NCBI RefSeq assembly: GCF_004010195.1
Contig: NC_057719.1
Span: 2,737,317 to 2,801,316, forward strand
Length of the DNA: 64,000 nt
Direction of reading: 5' to 3'
DNA from: Chiloscyllium plagiosum
Taxonomy: Eukaryota
Part shown: positions 27,311 to 39,509 of the stretch, in pieces
Numbering within the stretch: position 1 is the stretch's first letter
Layout of the letters: each line of letters begins with the position of its first letter
Notes under the pieces: model-generated
Database searches by the model: none
Seen by the model: the letters and a program-made list of their open reading frames with translations, nothing else
What the model was told of the DNA's origin: nothing
Made by a program: the position numbers and the translations under genes

Positions 27311-30300
27311 GTCTTTTCACAGCAGGGAGCGGCGCGAGCTGGGCAGAAGTGAGGTTGGAGCGCAGAGCTGGTCGGGAAGGTAAGTGATTGATATATAAAA
27401 AACTTACCTTGACGCCAACGGTCTTTTCACAGCAGAGAGCGGCGTGAGCTGGGCGGAAGTGAGGTTGGAGCGCAGAGCTGGTCGGGAAGGTAAGTGATTG
27501 ATATATAAAGAACTTACCTCGACGCCAACGGTCTTTTCACAGCAGAGAGCGGCGCGAGCTGGGCGGAAGTGAGGTTGGAGCGCAGAGCTGGTCGGGAAGG
27601 TAAGTGATTGATATATAAAGAACTTACCTCGACACCAACGGTCTTTTCACAGTAGAGAGCGGCGCGAGCTGGGCGGAAGTGAGGTTGGAGCGCAGAGCTG
27701 GTCGGGAAGGTAAGTGATTGATATATAAAGAACTTACCTCGACGCCAACGGTCTTTTCACAACAGAGAGCGGCGCGAGCTGGGCGGAAGTGAGGTTGGAG
27801 CGCAGAGCTGGTCGGGAAGGTAAGTGATTGATATATAAAGAACTTACCTCGACGCCAACGGTCTTTTCACAACAGAGAGCGGCGCGAGCTGGGCGGAAGT
27901 GAGGTTGGAGCGCAGAGCTGGTCGGGAAGGTAAGTGATTGATATATAAAGAACTTACCTCGACGCCAACGGTCTTTTCACAACAGAGAGCGGCGCGAGCT
28001 GGGCGGAAGTGAGGTTGGAGCGCAGAGCTGGTCGGGAAGGTAAGTGATTGATATATAAAGAACTTACCTCGACGCCAACGGTCTTTTCACAACAGAGAGC
28101 GGCGCGAGCTGGGCGGAAGTGAGGTTGGAGCGCAGAGCTGGTCGGGAAGGTAAGTGATTGATATATAAAGAACTTACCTCGACGCCAACGGTCTTTTCAC
28201 AACAGAGAGCGGCGCGAGCTGGGCGGAAGTGAGGTTGGAGCGCAGAGCTGGTCGGGAAGGTAAGTGATTGATATATAAAGAACTTACCTCGACGCCAACG
28301 GTCTTTTCACAACAGAGAGCGGCGCGAGCTGGGCGGAAGTGAGGTTGGAGCGCAGAGCTGGTCGGGAAGGTAAGTGATTGATATATAAAGAACTTACCTC
28401 GACGCCAACGGTCTTTTCACAACAGAGAGCGGCGCGAGCTGGGCGGAAGTGAGGTTGGAGCGCAGAGCTGGTCGGGAAGGTAAGTGATTGATATATAAAG
28501 AACTTACCTCGACGCCAACGGTCTTTTCACAACAGAGAGCGGCGCGAGCTGGGCGGAAGTGAGGTTGGAGCGCAGAGCTGGTCGGGAAGGTAAGTGATTG
28601 ATATATAAAGAACTTACCTCGACGCCAACGGTCTTTTCACAACAGAGAGCGGCGCGAGCTGGGCGGAAGTGAGGTTGGAGCGCAGAGCTGGTCGGGAAGG
28701 TAAGTGATTGATATATAAAGAACTTACCTCGACGCCAACGGTCTTTTCACAACAGAGAGCGGCGCGAGCTGGGCGGAAGTGAGGTTGGAGCGCAGAGCTG
28801 GTCGGGAAGGTAAGTGATTGATATATAAAGAACTTACCTCGACGCCAACGGTCTTTTCACAACAGAGAGCGGCGCGAGCTGGGCGGAAGTGAGGTTGGAG
28901 CGCAGAGCTGGTCGGGAAGGTAAGTGATTGATATATAAAGAACTTACCTCGACGCCAACGGTCTTTTCACAACAGAGAGCGGCGCGAGCTGGGCGGAAGT
29001 GAGGTTGGAGCGCAGAGCTGGTCGGGAAGGTAAGTGATTGATATATAAAGAACTTACCTCGACGCCAACGGTCTTTTCACAACAGAGAGCGGCGCGAGCT
29101 GGGCGGAAGTGAGGTTGGAGCGCAGAGCTGGTCGGGAAGGTAAGTGATTGATATATAAAGAACTTACCTCGACGCCAACGGTCTTTTCACAACAGAGAGC
29201 GGCGCGAGCTGGGCGGAAGTGAGGTTGGAGCGCAGAGCTGGTCGGGAAGGTAAGTGATTGATATATAAAGAACTTACCTCGACGCCAACGGTCTTTTCAC
29301 AACAGAGAGCGGCGCGAGCTGGGCGGAAGTGAGGTTGGAGCGCAGAGCTGGTCGGGAAGGTAAGTGATTGATATATAAAGAACTTACCTCGACGCCAACG
29401 GTCTTTTCACAACAGAGAGCGGCGCGAGCTGGGCGGAAGTGAGGTTGGAGCGCAGAGCTGGTCGGGAAGGTAAGTGATTGATATATAAAGAACTTACCTC
29501 GACGCCAACGGTCTTTTCACAACAGAGAGCGGCGCGAGCTGGGCGGAAGTGAGGTTGGAGCGCAGAGCTGGTCGGGAAGGTAAGTGATTGATATATAAAG
29601 AACTTACCTCGACGCCAACGGTCTTTTCACAACAGAGAGCGGCGCGAGCTGGGCGGAAGTGAGGTTGGAGCGCAGAGCTGGTCGGGAAGGTAAGTGATTG
29701 ATATATAAAGAACTTACCTCGACGCCAACGGTCTTTTCACAACAGAGAGCGGCGCGAGCTGGGCGGAAGTGAGGTTGGAGCGCAGAGCTGGTCGGGAAGG
29801 TAAGTGATTGATATATAAAGAACTTACCTCGACGCCAACGGTCTTTTCACAACAGAGAGCGGCGCGAGCTGGGCGGAAGTGAGGTTGGAGCGCAGAGCTG
29901 GTCGGGAAGGTAAGTGATTGATATATAAAGAACTTACCTCGACGCCAACGGTCTTTTCACAACAGAGAGCGGCGCGAGCTGGGCGGAAGTGAGGTTGGAG
30001 CGCAGAGCTGGTCGGGAAGGTAAGTGATTGATATATAAAGAACTTACCTCGACGCCAACGGTCTTTTCACAACAGAGAGCGGCGCGAGCTGGGCGGAAGT
30101 GAGGTTGGAGCGCAGAGCTGGTCGGGAAGGTAAGTGATTGATATATAAAGAACTTACCTCGACGCCAACGGTCTTTTCACAACAGAGAGCGGCGCGAGCT
30201 GGGCGGAAGTGAGGTTGGAGCGCAGAGCTGGTCGGGAAGGTAAGTGATTGATATATAAAGAACTTACCTCGACGCCAACGGTCTTTTCACAACAGAGAGC

Positions 30301-33122
30301 GGCGCGAGCTGGGCGGAAGTGAGGTTGGAGCGCAGAGCTGGTCGGGAAGGTAAGTGATTGATATATAAAGAACTTACCTCGACGCCAACGGTCTTTTCAC
30401 AACAGAGAGCGGCGCGAGCTGGGCGGAAGTGAGGTTGGAGCGCAGAGCTGGTCGGGAAGGTAAGTGATTGATATATAAAGAACTTACCTCGACGCCAACG
30501 GTCTTTTCACAACAGAGAGCGGCGCGAGCTGGGCGGAAGTGAGGTTGGAGCGCAGAGCTGGTCGGGAAGGTAAGTGATTGATATATAAAGAACTTACCTC
30601 GACGCCAACGGTCTTTTCACAACAGAGAGCGGCGCGAGCTGGGCGGAAGTGAGGTTGGAGCGCAGAGCTGGTCGGGAAGGTAAGTGATTGATATATAAAG
30701 AACTTACCTCGACGCCAACGGTCTTTTCACAACAGAGAGCGGCGCGAGCTGGGCGGAAGTGAGGTTGGAGCGCAGAGCTGGTCGGGAAGGTAAGTGATTG
30801 ATATATAAAGAACTTACCTCGACGCCAACGGTCTTTTCACAACAGAGAGCGGCGCGAGCTGGGCGGAAGTGAGGTTGGAGCGCAGAGCTGGTCGGGAAGG
30901 TAAGTGATTGATATATAAAGAACTTACCTCGACGCCAACGGTCTTTTCACAACAGAGAGCGGCGCGAGCTGGGCGGAAGTGAGGTTGGAGCGCAGAGCTG
31001 GTCGGGAAGGTAAGTGATTGATATATAAAGAACTTACCTCGACGCCAACGGTCTTTTCACAACAGAGAGCGGCGCGAGCTGGGCGGAAGTGAGGTTGGAG
31101 CGCAGAGCTGGTCGGGAAGGTAAGTGATTGATATATAAAGAACTTACCTCGACGCCAACGGTCTTTTCACAACAGAGAGCGGCGCGAGCTGGGCGGAAGT
31201 GAGGTTGGAGCGCAGAGCTGGTCGGGAAGGTAAGTGATTGATATATAAAGAACTTACCTCGACGCCAACGGTCTTTTCACAACAGAGAGCGGCGCGAGCT
31301 GGGCGGAAGTGAGGTTGGAGCGCAGAGCTGGTCGGGAAGGTAAGTGATTGATATATAAAGAACTTACCTCGACGCCAACGGTCTTTTCACAACAGAGAGC
31401 GGCGCGAGCTGGGCGGAAGTGAGGTTGGAGCGCAGAGCTGGTCGGGAAGGTAAGTGATTGATATATAAAGAACTTACCTCGACGCCAACGGTCTTTTCAC
31501 AACAGAGAGCGGCGCGAGCTGGGCGGAAGTGAGGTTGGAGCGCAGAGCTGGTCGGGAAGGTAAGTGATTGATATATAAAGAACTTACCTCGACGCCAACG
31601 GTCTTTTCACAACAGAGAGCGGCGCGAGCTGGGCGGAAGTGAGGTTGGAGCGCAGAGCTGGTCGGGAAGGTAAGTGATTGATATATAAAGAACTTACCTC
31701 GACGCCAACGGTCTTTTCACAACAGAGAGCGGCGCGAGCTGGGCGGAAGTGAGGTTGGAGCGCAGAGCTGGTCGGGAAGGTAAGTGATTGATATATAAAG
31801 AACTTACCTCGACGCCAACGGTCTTTTCACAACAGAGAGCGGCGCGAGCTGGGCGGAAGTGAGGTTGGAGCGCAGAGCTGGTCGGGAAGGTAAGTGATTG
31901 ATATATAAAGAACTTACCTCGACGCCAACGGTCTTTTCACAACAGAGAGCGGCGCGAGCTGGGCGGAAGTGAGGTTGGAGCGCAGAGCTGGTCGGGAAGG
32001 TAAGTGATTGATATATAAAGAACTTACCTCGACGCCAACGGTCTTTTCACAACAGAGAGCGGCGCGAGCTGGGCGGAAGTGAGGTTGGAGCGCAGAGCTG
32101 GTCGGGAAGGTAAGTGATTGATATATAAAGAACTTACCTCGACGCCAACGGTCTTTTCACAACAGAGAGCGGCGCGAGCTGGGCGGAAGTGAGGTTGGAG
32201 CGCAGAGCTGGTCGGGAAGGTAAGTGATTGATATATAAAGAACTTACCTCGACGCCAACGGTCTTTTCACAACAGAGAGCGGCGCGAGCTGGGCGGAAGT
32301 GAGGTTGGAGCGCAGAGCTGGTCGGGAAGGTAAGTGATTGATATATAAAGAACTTACCTCGACGCCAACGGTCTTTTCACAACAGAGAGCGGCGCGAGCT
32401 GGGCGGAAGTGAGGTTGGAGCGCAGAGCTGGTCGGGAAGGTAAGTGATTGATATATAAAGAACTTACCTCGACGCCAACGGTCTTTTCACAACAGAGAGC
32501 GGCGCGAGCTGGGCGGAAGTGAGGTTGGAGCGCAGAGCTGGTCGGGAAGGTAAGTGATTGATATATAAAGAACTTACCTCGACGCCAACGGTCTTTTCAC
32601 AACAGAGAGCGGCGCGAGCTGGGCGGAAGTGAGGTTGGAGCGCAGAGCTGGTCGGGAAGGTAAGTGATTGATATATAAAGAACTTACCTCGACGCCAACG
32701 GTCTTTTCACAACAGAGAGCGGCGCGAGCTGGGCGGAAGTGAGGTTGGAGCGCAGAGCTGGTCGGGAAGGTAAGTGATTGATATATAAAGAACTTACCTC
32801 GACGCCAACGGTCTTTTCACAACAGAGAGCGGCGCGAGCTGGGCGGAAGTGAGGTTGGAGCGCAGAGCTGGTCGGGAAGGTAAGTGATTGATATATAAAG
32901 AACTTACCTCGACGCCAACGGTCTTTTCACAACAGAGAGCGGCGCGAGCTGGGCGGAAGTGAGGTTGGAGCGCAGAGCTGGTCGGGAAGGTAAGTGATTG
33001 ATATATAAAGAACTTACCTCGACGCCAACGGTCTTTTCACAACAGAGAGCGGCGCGAGCTGGGCGGAAGTGAGGTTGGAGCGCAGAGCTGGTCGGGAAGG
33101 TAAGTGATTGATATATAAAGAA
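27311..33122 (+). repeat. Tandem array of about 52.8 x 110-bp CpG-rich units
   Basis: Unit gtcttttcacaacagagagcggcgcgagctgggcggaagtgaggttggagcgcagagctggtcgggaaggtaagtgattgatatataaagaacttacctcgacgccaacg. Copies 1-4 carry a few substitutions; later copies appear identical. Confidence 0.99.
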
Positions 33123-34029
33123 TCACACTTGCCATGTCACCATCACAATGACACATTCACACAGTCTGCTTCAGTGTCATCATGACACCTCAAACTCACT
33201 GCATCACTACCATCCTCCCCCTCATACTGACCTGTCACTATCATCCAGAGCCGCTCACACTTATTGCGTTCCTGTCACTCTGCTCCCAACACACTCACTG
33301 CGTCACTATCACCCTGTCCCCTCTCACTTCCTGCATTAGGATCACTCTGACTCACGGACACATACTGTGACACTATCAGCCTGACCCCACCACACTTGCT
33401 GCGTCTCTATCTGCATGACCCCCTCACACCTACGACTTCACTATCAGACTGACCGCTCACACTTACCGCATCCCTAACAGCCTGACACCTCACACTTACT
33501 GCGTCACTATTCCCCTAACACCTCACTTTAATTGGCCACTATCAGCCTGACGCTCTCAACTTATTGTGTCACTACCAGCCTGAACGCACACACTTACTCC
33601 CTCACTACCACCCCGACTGTCTCACACTCACTGCGTCAGTCTCCGCCTGACCCCATCATACTTACTGCGTCACTATCATCCTGTCCCCTCCCACTTTATG
33701 TTTCGGTATTAGGCTGACACAGTAATACTTACTGCATGACTATCAGCCTGATCTCCTTCCAATTACTGCGTCACTATCAGCCTGACAACTCACTCTTACT
33801 GCGTCACTGTCACACTGACCCCTCACACAAAGTGCTTCACTATCACCCTGACCACCTCACACTTACTGCATCACTATCGGTCCGTTCCCACAGACTTACT
33901 GCATCACTATCACTCTGACCCCCTCACTGCGCAACTATCGGCCTGATCCACTCACACATCTGCGTTACTACCACGCTGACACCTCACCCTCATTGTGTGA
34001 CTATCATCCTCACTGTCAGCCTGATCCCC
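33123..34029. repeat. Degenerate ~33-34-bp minisatellite
   Basis: Recurrent cactatcagcctgacccctcacacttactgcgt variants (e.g. at 33371, 33405, 33439). Confidence 0.9.
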
Positions 34030-34639
34030 TGTAATGGAAAACGATCGTTTATTATGAAATCTGTGAAAGCATGTTTGAAACAAAGAAGTATGGACCTAAC
34101 TTTGCAAAAAGACAGAAAAAATGTAAAGTTCGACCTATTTTACAGCTGACTCTCAAGGCCAATAATGTATTATATCAGCAGTCAATGAATTAGAAAAAGA
34201 AACTCCATGTGTGGAAAGGAACTCGACTGATCCAGGTTTCTGGCTTGAGATGTGATAAGGCAAGGCGTTATATAATATAAAGGGAATATGTGAAAACCGT
34301 CAGGCGTCCATTTTATGAGGCGTCTTGTAAATTTGTCGGGTAAACTCTGCAAATTTCAAAAATAAACTTTTTCTTTGCTCTTGGTAGCATTTGCGTTGAG
34401 TCGATTGAAATTCCACGGCAGGAAACTAGGGGGCTCGCCTGGGACCCTGCGACTTGGTAAGATTTTGAAGATTCCCAGGAAGTGTACCCGCCACTGCCTT
34501 TAAGGTCGTTCACTTCATCTCGAGCGCTGAATTGGTGTGAGAGGACTGGGGATAAGTGGATCGCCCCAGAGTCACGTTCCGAATCGAATAGGGTCGGGGT
34601 AAGCGTTGTGGCTAAAGTAATCCGCCATAGAGTGTTACA
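34030..34639 (+). mobile_element. LTR (about 34030-34420) + tRNA-Pro-like PBS + leader of an LTR element, truncated
   Basis: Starts TGTAA; TATA-like tataatataaa and AATAAA; ttccacggca is followed by agggggctcgcctggga (compare PBS-Pro TGGGGGCTCGTCCGGGA); homologous to 46369-46747. Confidence 0.75.
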
Positions 34640-34880
34640 AGGGGACATAAATGTAAGGTGAAGGGTGGAAGGTATAGGGGAGATGTCAGGGGTTGGTTCT
34701 TTACCCAGAGAGTGGTGGGGGCATGGAATGCGTTGCCTGTGGGAGTGGTAGAGTCAGAATCGTTGGTGACCTTTAAGCGGCAATTGGATCGGTACATGGA
34801 TGGGTGCTTAAGCTAGGACAAATGTTCGGAACAACATCGTGGGCCGAAGGGCCTGTTCTGTGCTGTATTGTTCTATTGTT
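34640..34880 (+). mobile_element. CR1 3' terminal fragment
   Basis: FFTQRVVGAWNALP motif, then gggccgaagggcctgttctgtgctgtattgttctat tail. Confidence 0.9.
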
Positions 34881-35379
34881 CTTGCAGTGATTTTGCTAGC
34901 ACTGTTAGGTAGACTTTAAACTAGTTTGGTAGGGGAATAGGAATCCAAGTTGAAAAGTGTAGTGCTGGAAAAGCACAGCCAGCCAGGCAGCATCCGAGGA
35001 GCAGGTGTGTCAACGTTTCCAGTGTAAGCTCTTCATCAGGAATAGGAATCTAAGGGAAAGCTCTGATTTAGCTAGAGTGGGTGACGGCTTAAGGGAAAAG
35101 AGAATCATGATAGTACATAAAAAGCAAGAAGCAATTGTTAGACTAAATGGGATGAGGGAGGAGTTGACTAAGGTAGACTGGGAGCAAAGACTATATGGTG
35201 AGACAACTGAGGAACAGAGGACGACTTTTAAAGCCATTTTTCACATTGCCCAGCAGAAGTACATACCAGTGAAAAGGAAGGACTGTAAGAAACGGGATAA
35301 TCAGCCATGGATAACAAAGGAAATAAATGAGGACATCAAAGATTTGTGGGAAACTAGACAATTGGGAAATCTTTACAGG

Positions 35380-36026
35380 AGTCATAAAGCTAGTCCCTTT
35401 TTTTCTAAAAGCTGTTCCTTGGCTCAAGGAGACTCTGTCCTTGACTTTTTTCAGAGGGGCAATAAACCAGGCCAGGCTCCAATCAGTCTGGTTTGTTAGA
35501 GAGATGAAAAGGATTTTGAGAAGCCTTTTGTTTATATGTAAACAGATGAGACTTCAGGCCAATGTGGTCATGTTTTAGACTTGAACTGGAAAATGAAAGG
35601 GGAGTGATCAGCTCTTTAGATGGGCTGAGCAGTTTCAGTTCAGTCTTGAACTGGGAAGTTTAATAGGGAGCTGTGTGGAAACGCTCTCTCTTTTCTGCCC
35701 TTCAACTTCAACCTGTAAGTATGTGTTCCATTTATACTGGTTTTTTTAAAAGGGAGTTTGCTTATTGGGATTGTTGTGTATATTTAGAACTGTATAATTA
35801 AATCTAGATGGATAGTTTGAGTTCAGCAGGGGTACTTTATTTTGTTCTTTGTGTTGCATTGTGTAATTTTGTGAATAAATTTTTGTCGGTTTTAAAATTG
35901 ATTAGTCAACCTAGCTATCTTACTGTGGGTAATTTTCACTGTACACTTACCGAAATAAATTGCAAAGTTATGGTCTGGTGCTGCCTGCTTAGGAATCTTT
36001 TGAGTGGTCTGGCCTAGTTCATAACA
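35380..36026 (+). mobile_element. Solo LTR of the Gmr1-like Gypsy family
   Basis: 647 bp, colinear with the LTR at 52662-53309; ends ataaCA; 4-bp TSD cagg (35376-35379, 36027-36030). Confidence 0.92.
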
Positions 36027-36316
36027 CAGGTCAACAGAAAGCCATGAGAAAAACTATGAGCTAAGACTGATTACGAGCGTAAACTAGCTCAAAATATAAA
36101 AACAGATAGCAGAAGTTTCTACAAATATATAAAATGAAAAAGAGTTTGCAAGATAAACAGTGGCCCTTTAGAGGATGAGAAGGGGTATTTAATAATGGGA
36201 AATGGCTGAGGCATTGAACAGAATTTCGTTGCTTTTCACAGTGGAAGACACAAATAACATGCCATGGTGAGGACTTAGAAATGGTCATTATTACTGAAGA
36301 GGTAGTGTTGGGCAAA

Positions 36317-36762
36317 CAAGGTGGCATGGTGGCTCAGTGGTTAGCACTGCTGCCTCACAGGGTCACAGACCCAGGTTTGATTCCCGCCTCGGGCAAGTGT
36401 CTATGTGGAGTTTGCAGACATCTTCACGTGTCTGCGAGGGTTTCCTCTGGGTGCTCCGCTTTTCTCCCACAATCCAAAGATGTGCAGGTCAGGTGAATTG
36501 GCCATGCTAAATTGCCCATACTGTTTAGGGATATGTAGGTTAGGTGCACCTAACCTACCTACATATCCCTAAACAGTATGGGCAATTTAGCATGACCAAT
36601 TCACCTAACCTGTTTCGGGATATGTAGGTTAGGTACATTAGTCAGGGGGTAATGTAGAGTAGGAGGGTAGGGGAATGGGTCCAGGTAGGTAACTCTTTGG
36701 AGGGTCAGCATGGATTTGTTGGGCCAAATGGCCTGCCTCCACATTGTAAGGACTCTATGATT
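36317..36762 (+). mobile_element. V-SINE (HE1-like) with an internal foldback duplication
   Basis: tRNA head tggctcagtggttagc (box A) and ggtttgattcc (box B); V-domain tgtggagtttgca...gggtttcctctgggtgctcc; CR1-like tail. Confidence 0.85.
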
Positions 36763-37070
36763 CTAATGGGCAAGTTTCCTAGCCATGATGGAATCCATCC
36801 CAGAATAATAAAAGAGATAGTGAAGGAAACAGCAAAGACTATCATTGTAATTTGCCAAAGTTTGCTGTACTCTGGGTGGGGGGTGGTTCCAGCTATTGTG
36901 ATACCACTGTGTGAAAAAGGAGATAGACAAAAGGCAGGTAACTACAGGCCCGTTAGCTAACTTTGAATAGGAAAGAAAATGCTTGAATCTATCATTAAGG
37001 AAGAAATAGTGAGACATCTGGATAGAAATTGTCCCAAGCGCAGGCACAGCATGGGTTCAGGAAAAGCAGA

Positions 37071-37155
37071 GCTGAAAATGTGTTGCTGGAAAAGCGCAGC
37101 AGGTCAGGCAGCATCCAAGGAACAGGAGAATCGACGTTTCGGGCATAAGCCCTTC
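37071..37155 (-). mobile_element. Mini PLE fragment with intact hammerhead core, inserted in CR1 RT
   Basis: 15-bp direct repeat ttcaggaaaagcaga (37056-37070, 37156-37170). Confidence 0.9.
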
Positions 37156-38014
37156 TTCAGGAAAAGCAGATTATGTTTCAATAATTTACTAGAATTCTTT
37201 GAGGACATTACAAGCGTGATGGACAACAAGGAAGTGGTGGATGTGATATATTTGGATTTCCACAATGCATTCAATAAGATGCCGTACAAAAGAGTACTGC
37301 ATAAGATAAAGGTGCATGGCATTACTGGTAATGTATTAGCATAGATAGAGGTTTGGTTAACAAACTGAAAGCAAAAAGTGGAGATAAATGGGTAGTTTTT
37401 TGGTTGGAGATCATTAGCTAGTGGTGTGCCTCAGGAATTAGGGACTGCAATTATTTGCAATTTACATAGATGATTTGCAGTTCAGGACCAAGTATCAAAA
37501 CAACGATGAGTGGTACAGCAAAGTGTGGAGAGGACACTGAAAGTCTGCAGAGGTGATATAGATACATTAAGTGAGTAGGCAAGGATCTGGCAGAAGGAGC
37601 ACAAAGCTGGTAAATGTGAGGTCATCCATTTTGGCAGGAATAACAGCAAAAAGGACTAGCCTGCTGCATAGGGATCTGGTGCCATTGTGCATGAATCACA
37701 AGAAGTTGGTTTGCAGGTGCAGCAGGTAATTAAGAAGGCAAATGGAAAATTGTCCTTCATTCCTAGAGGAATGGAATTTAAAAACAGGAAGGTTTTGCTC
37801 CAGTTATATAGGCTGCTGGTGAGGCCACACCTGTTATACTATGCACAGTTTTGGTTTCCTTACTTGAGAAAGAATGTGCTGGCATTGGAGGGGGTGCAAA
37901 GAAGGTTCACTCGGTCGATTCCAGAGTTGAGAGAGTTGGCTTATGAGGAGGGATTGAGTAAACAGGGACAATACTCATTGGAAATTAGAACAATGAGGGG
38001 GAACCTTATTGATT

Positions 38015-38316
38015 AGATAGTTTAGATTCCCTACAATGTGGAAACTGGCCCTTTGGTCCAACCAGTCCACACCGACCCTCCGAAGAGCAACCCACCCAGA
38101 CCCATTTCCCTCTGACTAATGCACCTAACATTATGGACAATTTAGCATGGCCAATTCACATGACCTGCACACCTTTGGACTGTTGGAGGAAACCGGAACA
38201 TCCGGTGAAAACCCACGCAGACACGGGGAGAATGTGCAAACTCCACACACAGTCACCCGAGGCTGGAATCAAACCTGGGAACCTGGTGCTGTGAGGCAGC
38301 AGTGCTAACCACTGAG
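38015..38316 (-). mobile_element. V-SINE (HE1-like)
   Basis: Reverse complement of ctcagtggttagcactgctgcctcacagc head and V-domain. Confidence 0.85.
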
Positions 38317-39509
38317 TGAATGGAATAGATAAAGCAGGGAGGTTGTTTCCACCGGTAGATGAAACTACAACCAGGGGTTCTGCCTCAAAATAAGAGGGAA
38401 CAGATTTAAGACTGAATTGAAGAGGAACTTCTTCTCCGAAAGGTTTGCGAATCTGTGGCCAGGGAAGTAGTTGAGGCTATCGTGTTTAACGTTTTTAAGG
38501 CAAAGATGGATAGATTTTTGAACAGTAAAGAAATTAAAGGTTTTGGTGAGCAGGTGGGTAAGTGGAGCTGAGTCCATGAAAAGATCAGCCATGATCTTGT
38601 TCAATGGCAGAGGAGGCTCACGAGGCCAGATGATCTACTCCTGCATTTATATATTCTTATGTCCAAAACTACAGGGCATAGGTTTAAGGTGAGGGAATAA
38701 AGATTTAAAAGGTATCTGAGGGGCAATCTTGTCACATAGAGGTTGGTGCCTATGTGCAATTAACTGCCAATGGAACTGACAGAGGCAAGTACAATTACAA
38801 CACTTAAAAAACATTTGAACAGGTACATGAATAGGAAAGGTTTAGAGAGATATAGGCCAAATGCAGGCAAATGGGACCAGTTCAGTTTAGGAAACTTGGT
38901 CAGCATGGACGAGTTGAACCAAAGGGCCTGTTTCCATGCTGTATGACTCCACTGAGATGGCTGGAAGGTAAGAAAAAAATCAGAAACTACAAGTGCAATA
39001 AAAATCAAGTCATCCTATGTGTAAGAGCAACAGTTGAAAATTACTCATTTCTTAAACATGTTTTTAACTGTTCAACAATGACTCACACTGCCAGTATCAG
39101 AACAACTTTTGATAATTCGCTGACGAGATGTCTGGGCATTGCTAGTTGGGCTAGCATGTATTGCCCATTCCTAGTTGCCCTTTAGAAAGTGGTAGTGAGC
39201 TGTCTTTTTGAACAGGTGCAGTCGCTGTGCTGTAGAAATTTCCAAGATTTTGCCCCAATAACACTGAAGGAATGGCAATATATTTGAATATATGTTATTA
39301 CAAGAAATAAAATTTCATTTACTTGAACTAATTGTCTTCAATGTATTTGTTCTGTGTTCTAGCATTTTGCCTTTTGAAAAGCACTTGCTAAACATGATAT
39401 TACCTGTAATGGAGATTCATATCATGGATCCTACTGACCATGGAAAGGAAGAGTGGGGTTTCAATGTACTTCTCAGCTTTTGAGCCTTGCAGGAAGTACA
39501 GCTGTATTC

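Larger units (their letters stand above)
34880..38660 (+). mobile_element. Continuation of the 26.1-kb CR1 (ORF1 end + ORF2), multiply interrupted
   Basis: ttgcagtgattttgctagc...tttaaactag is the ORF1 end; QPWITKEI, GNYRPVS, DVIYLDFHNAFNKMP, LVRPHL; nested PLE fragments, a solo LTR and two SINEs. Confidence 0.85.

Noticed and set aside
27311..33122. CRISPR array or 5S rDNA/U1 snRNA gene cluster
   Set aside because: No unique spacers and a eukaryotic context; no 5S sequence; only the 8-mer ACTTACCT resembles U1 and the rest does not.
34030..34639. A 610-bp solo LTR bounded by TGTAA...TTACA
   Set aside because: No TSD; homology with the 46.4-kb copy ends near 34427, where a PBS-like sequence begins.
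36320..36395. tRNA gene
   Set aside because: It is the tRNA-derived head of a V-SINE, followed by SINE body and tail.
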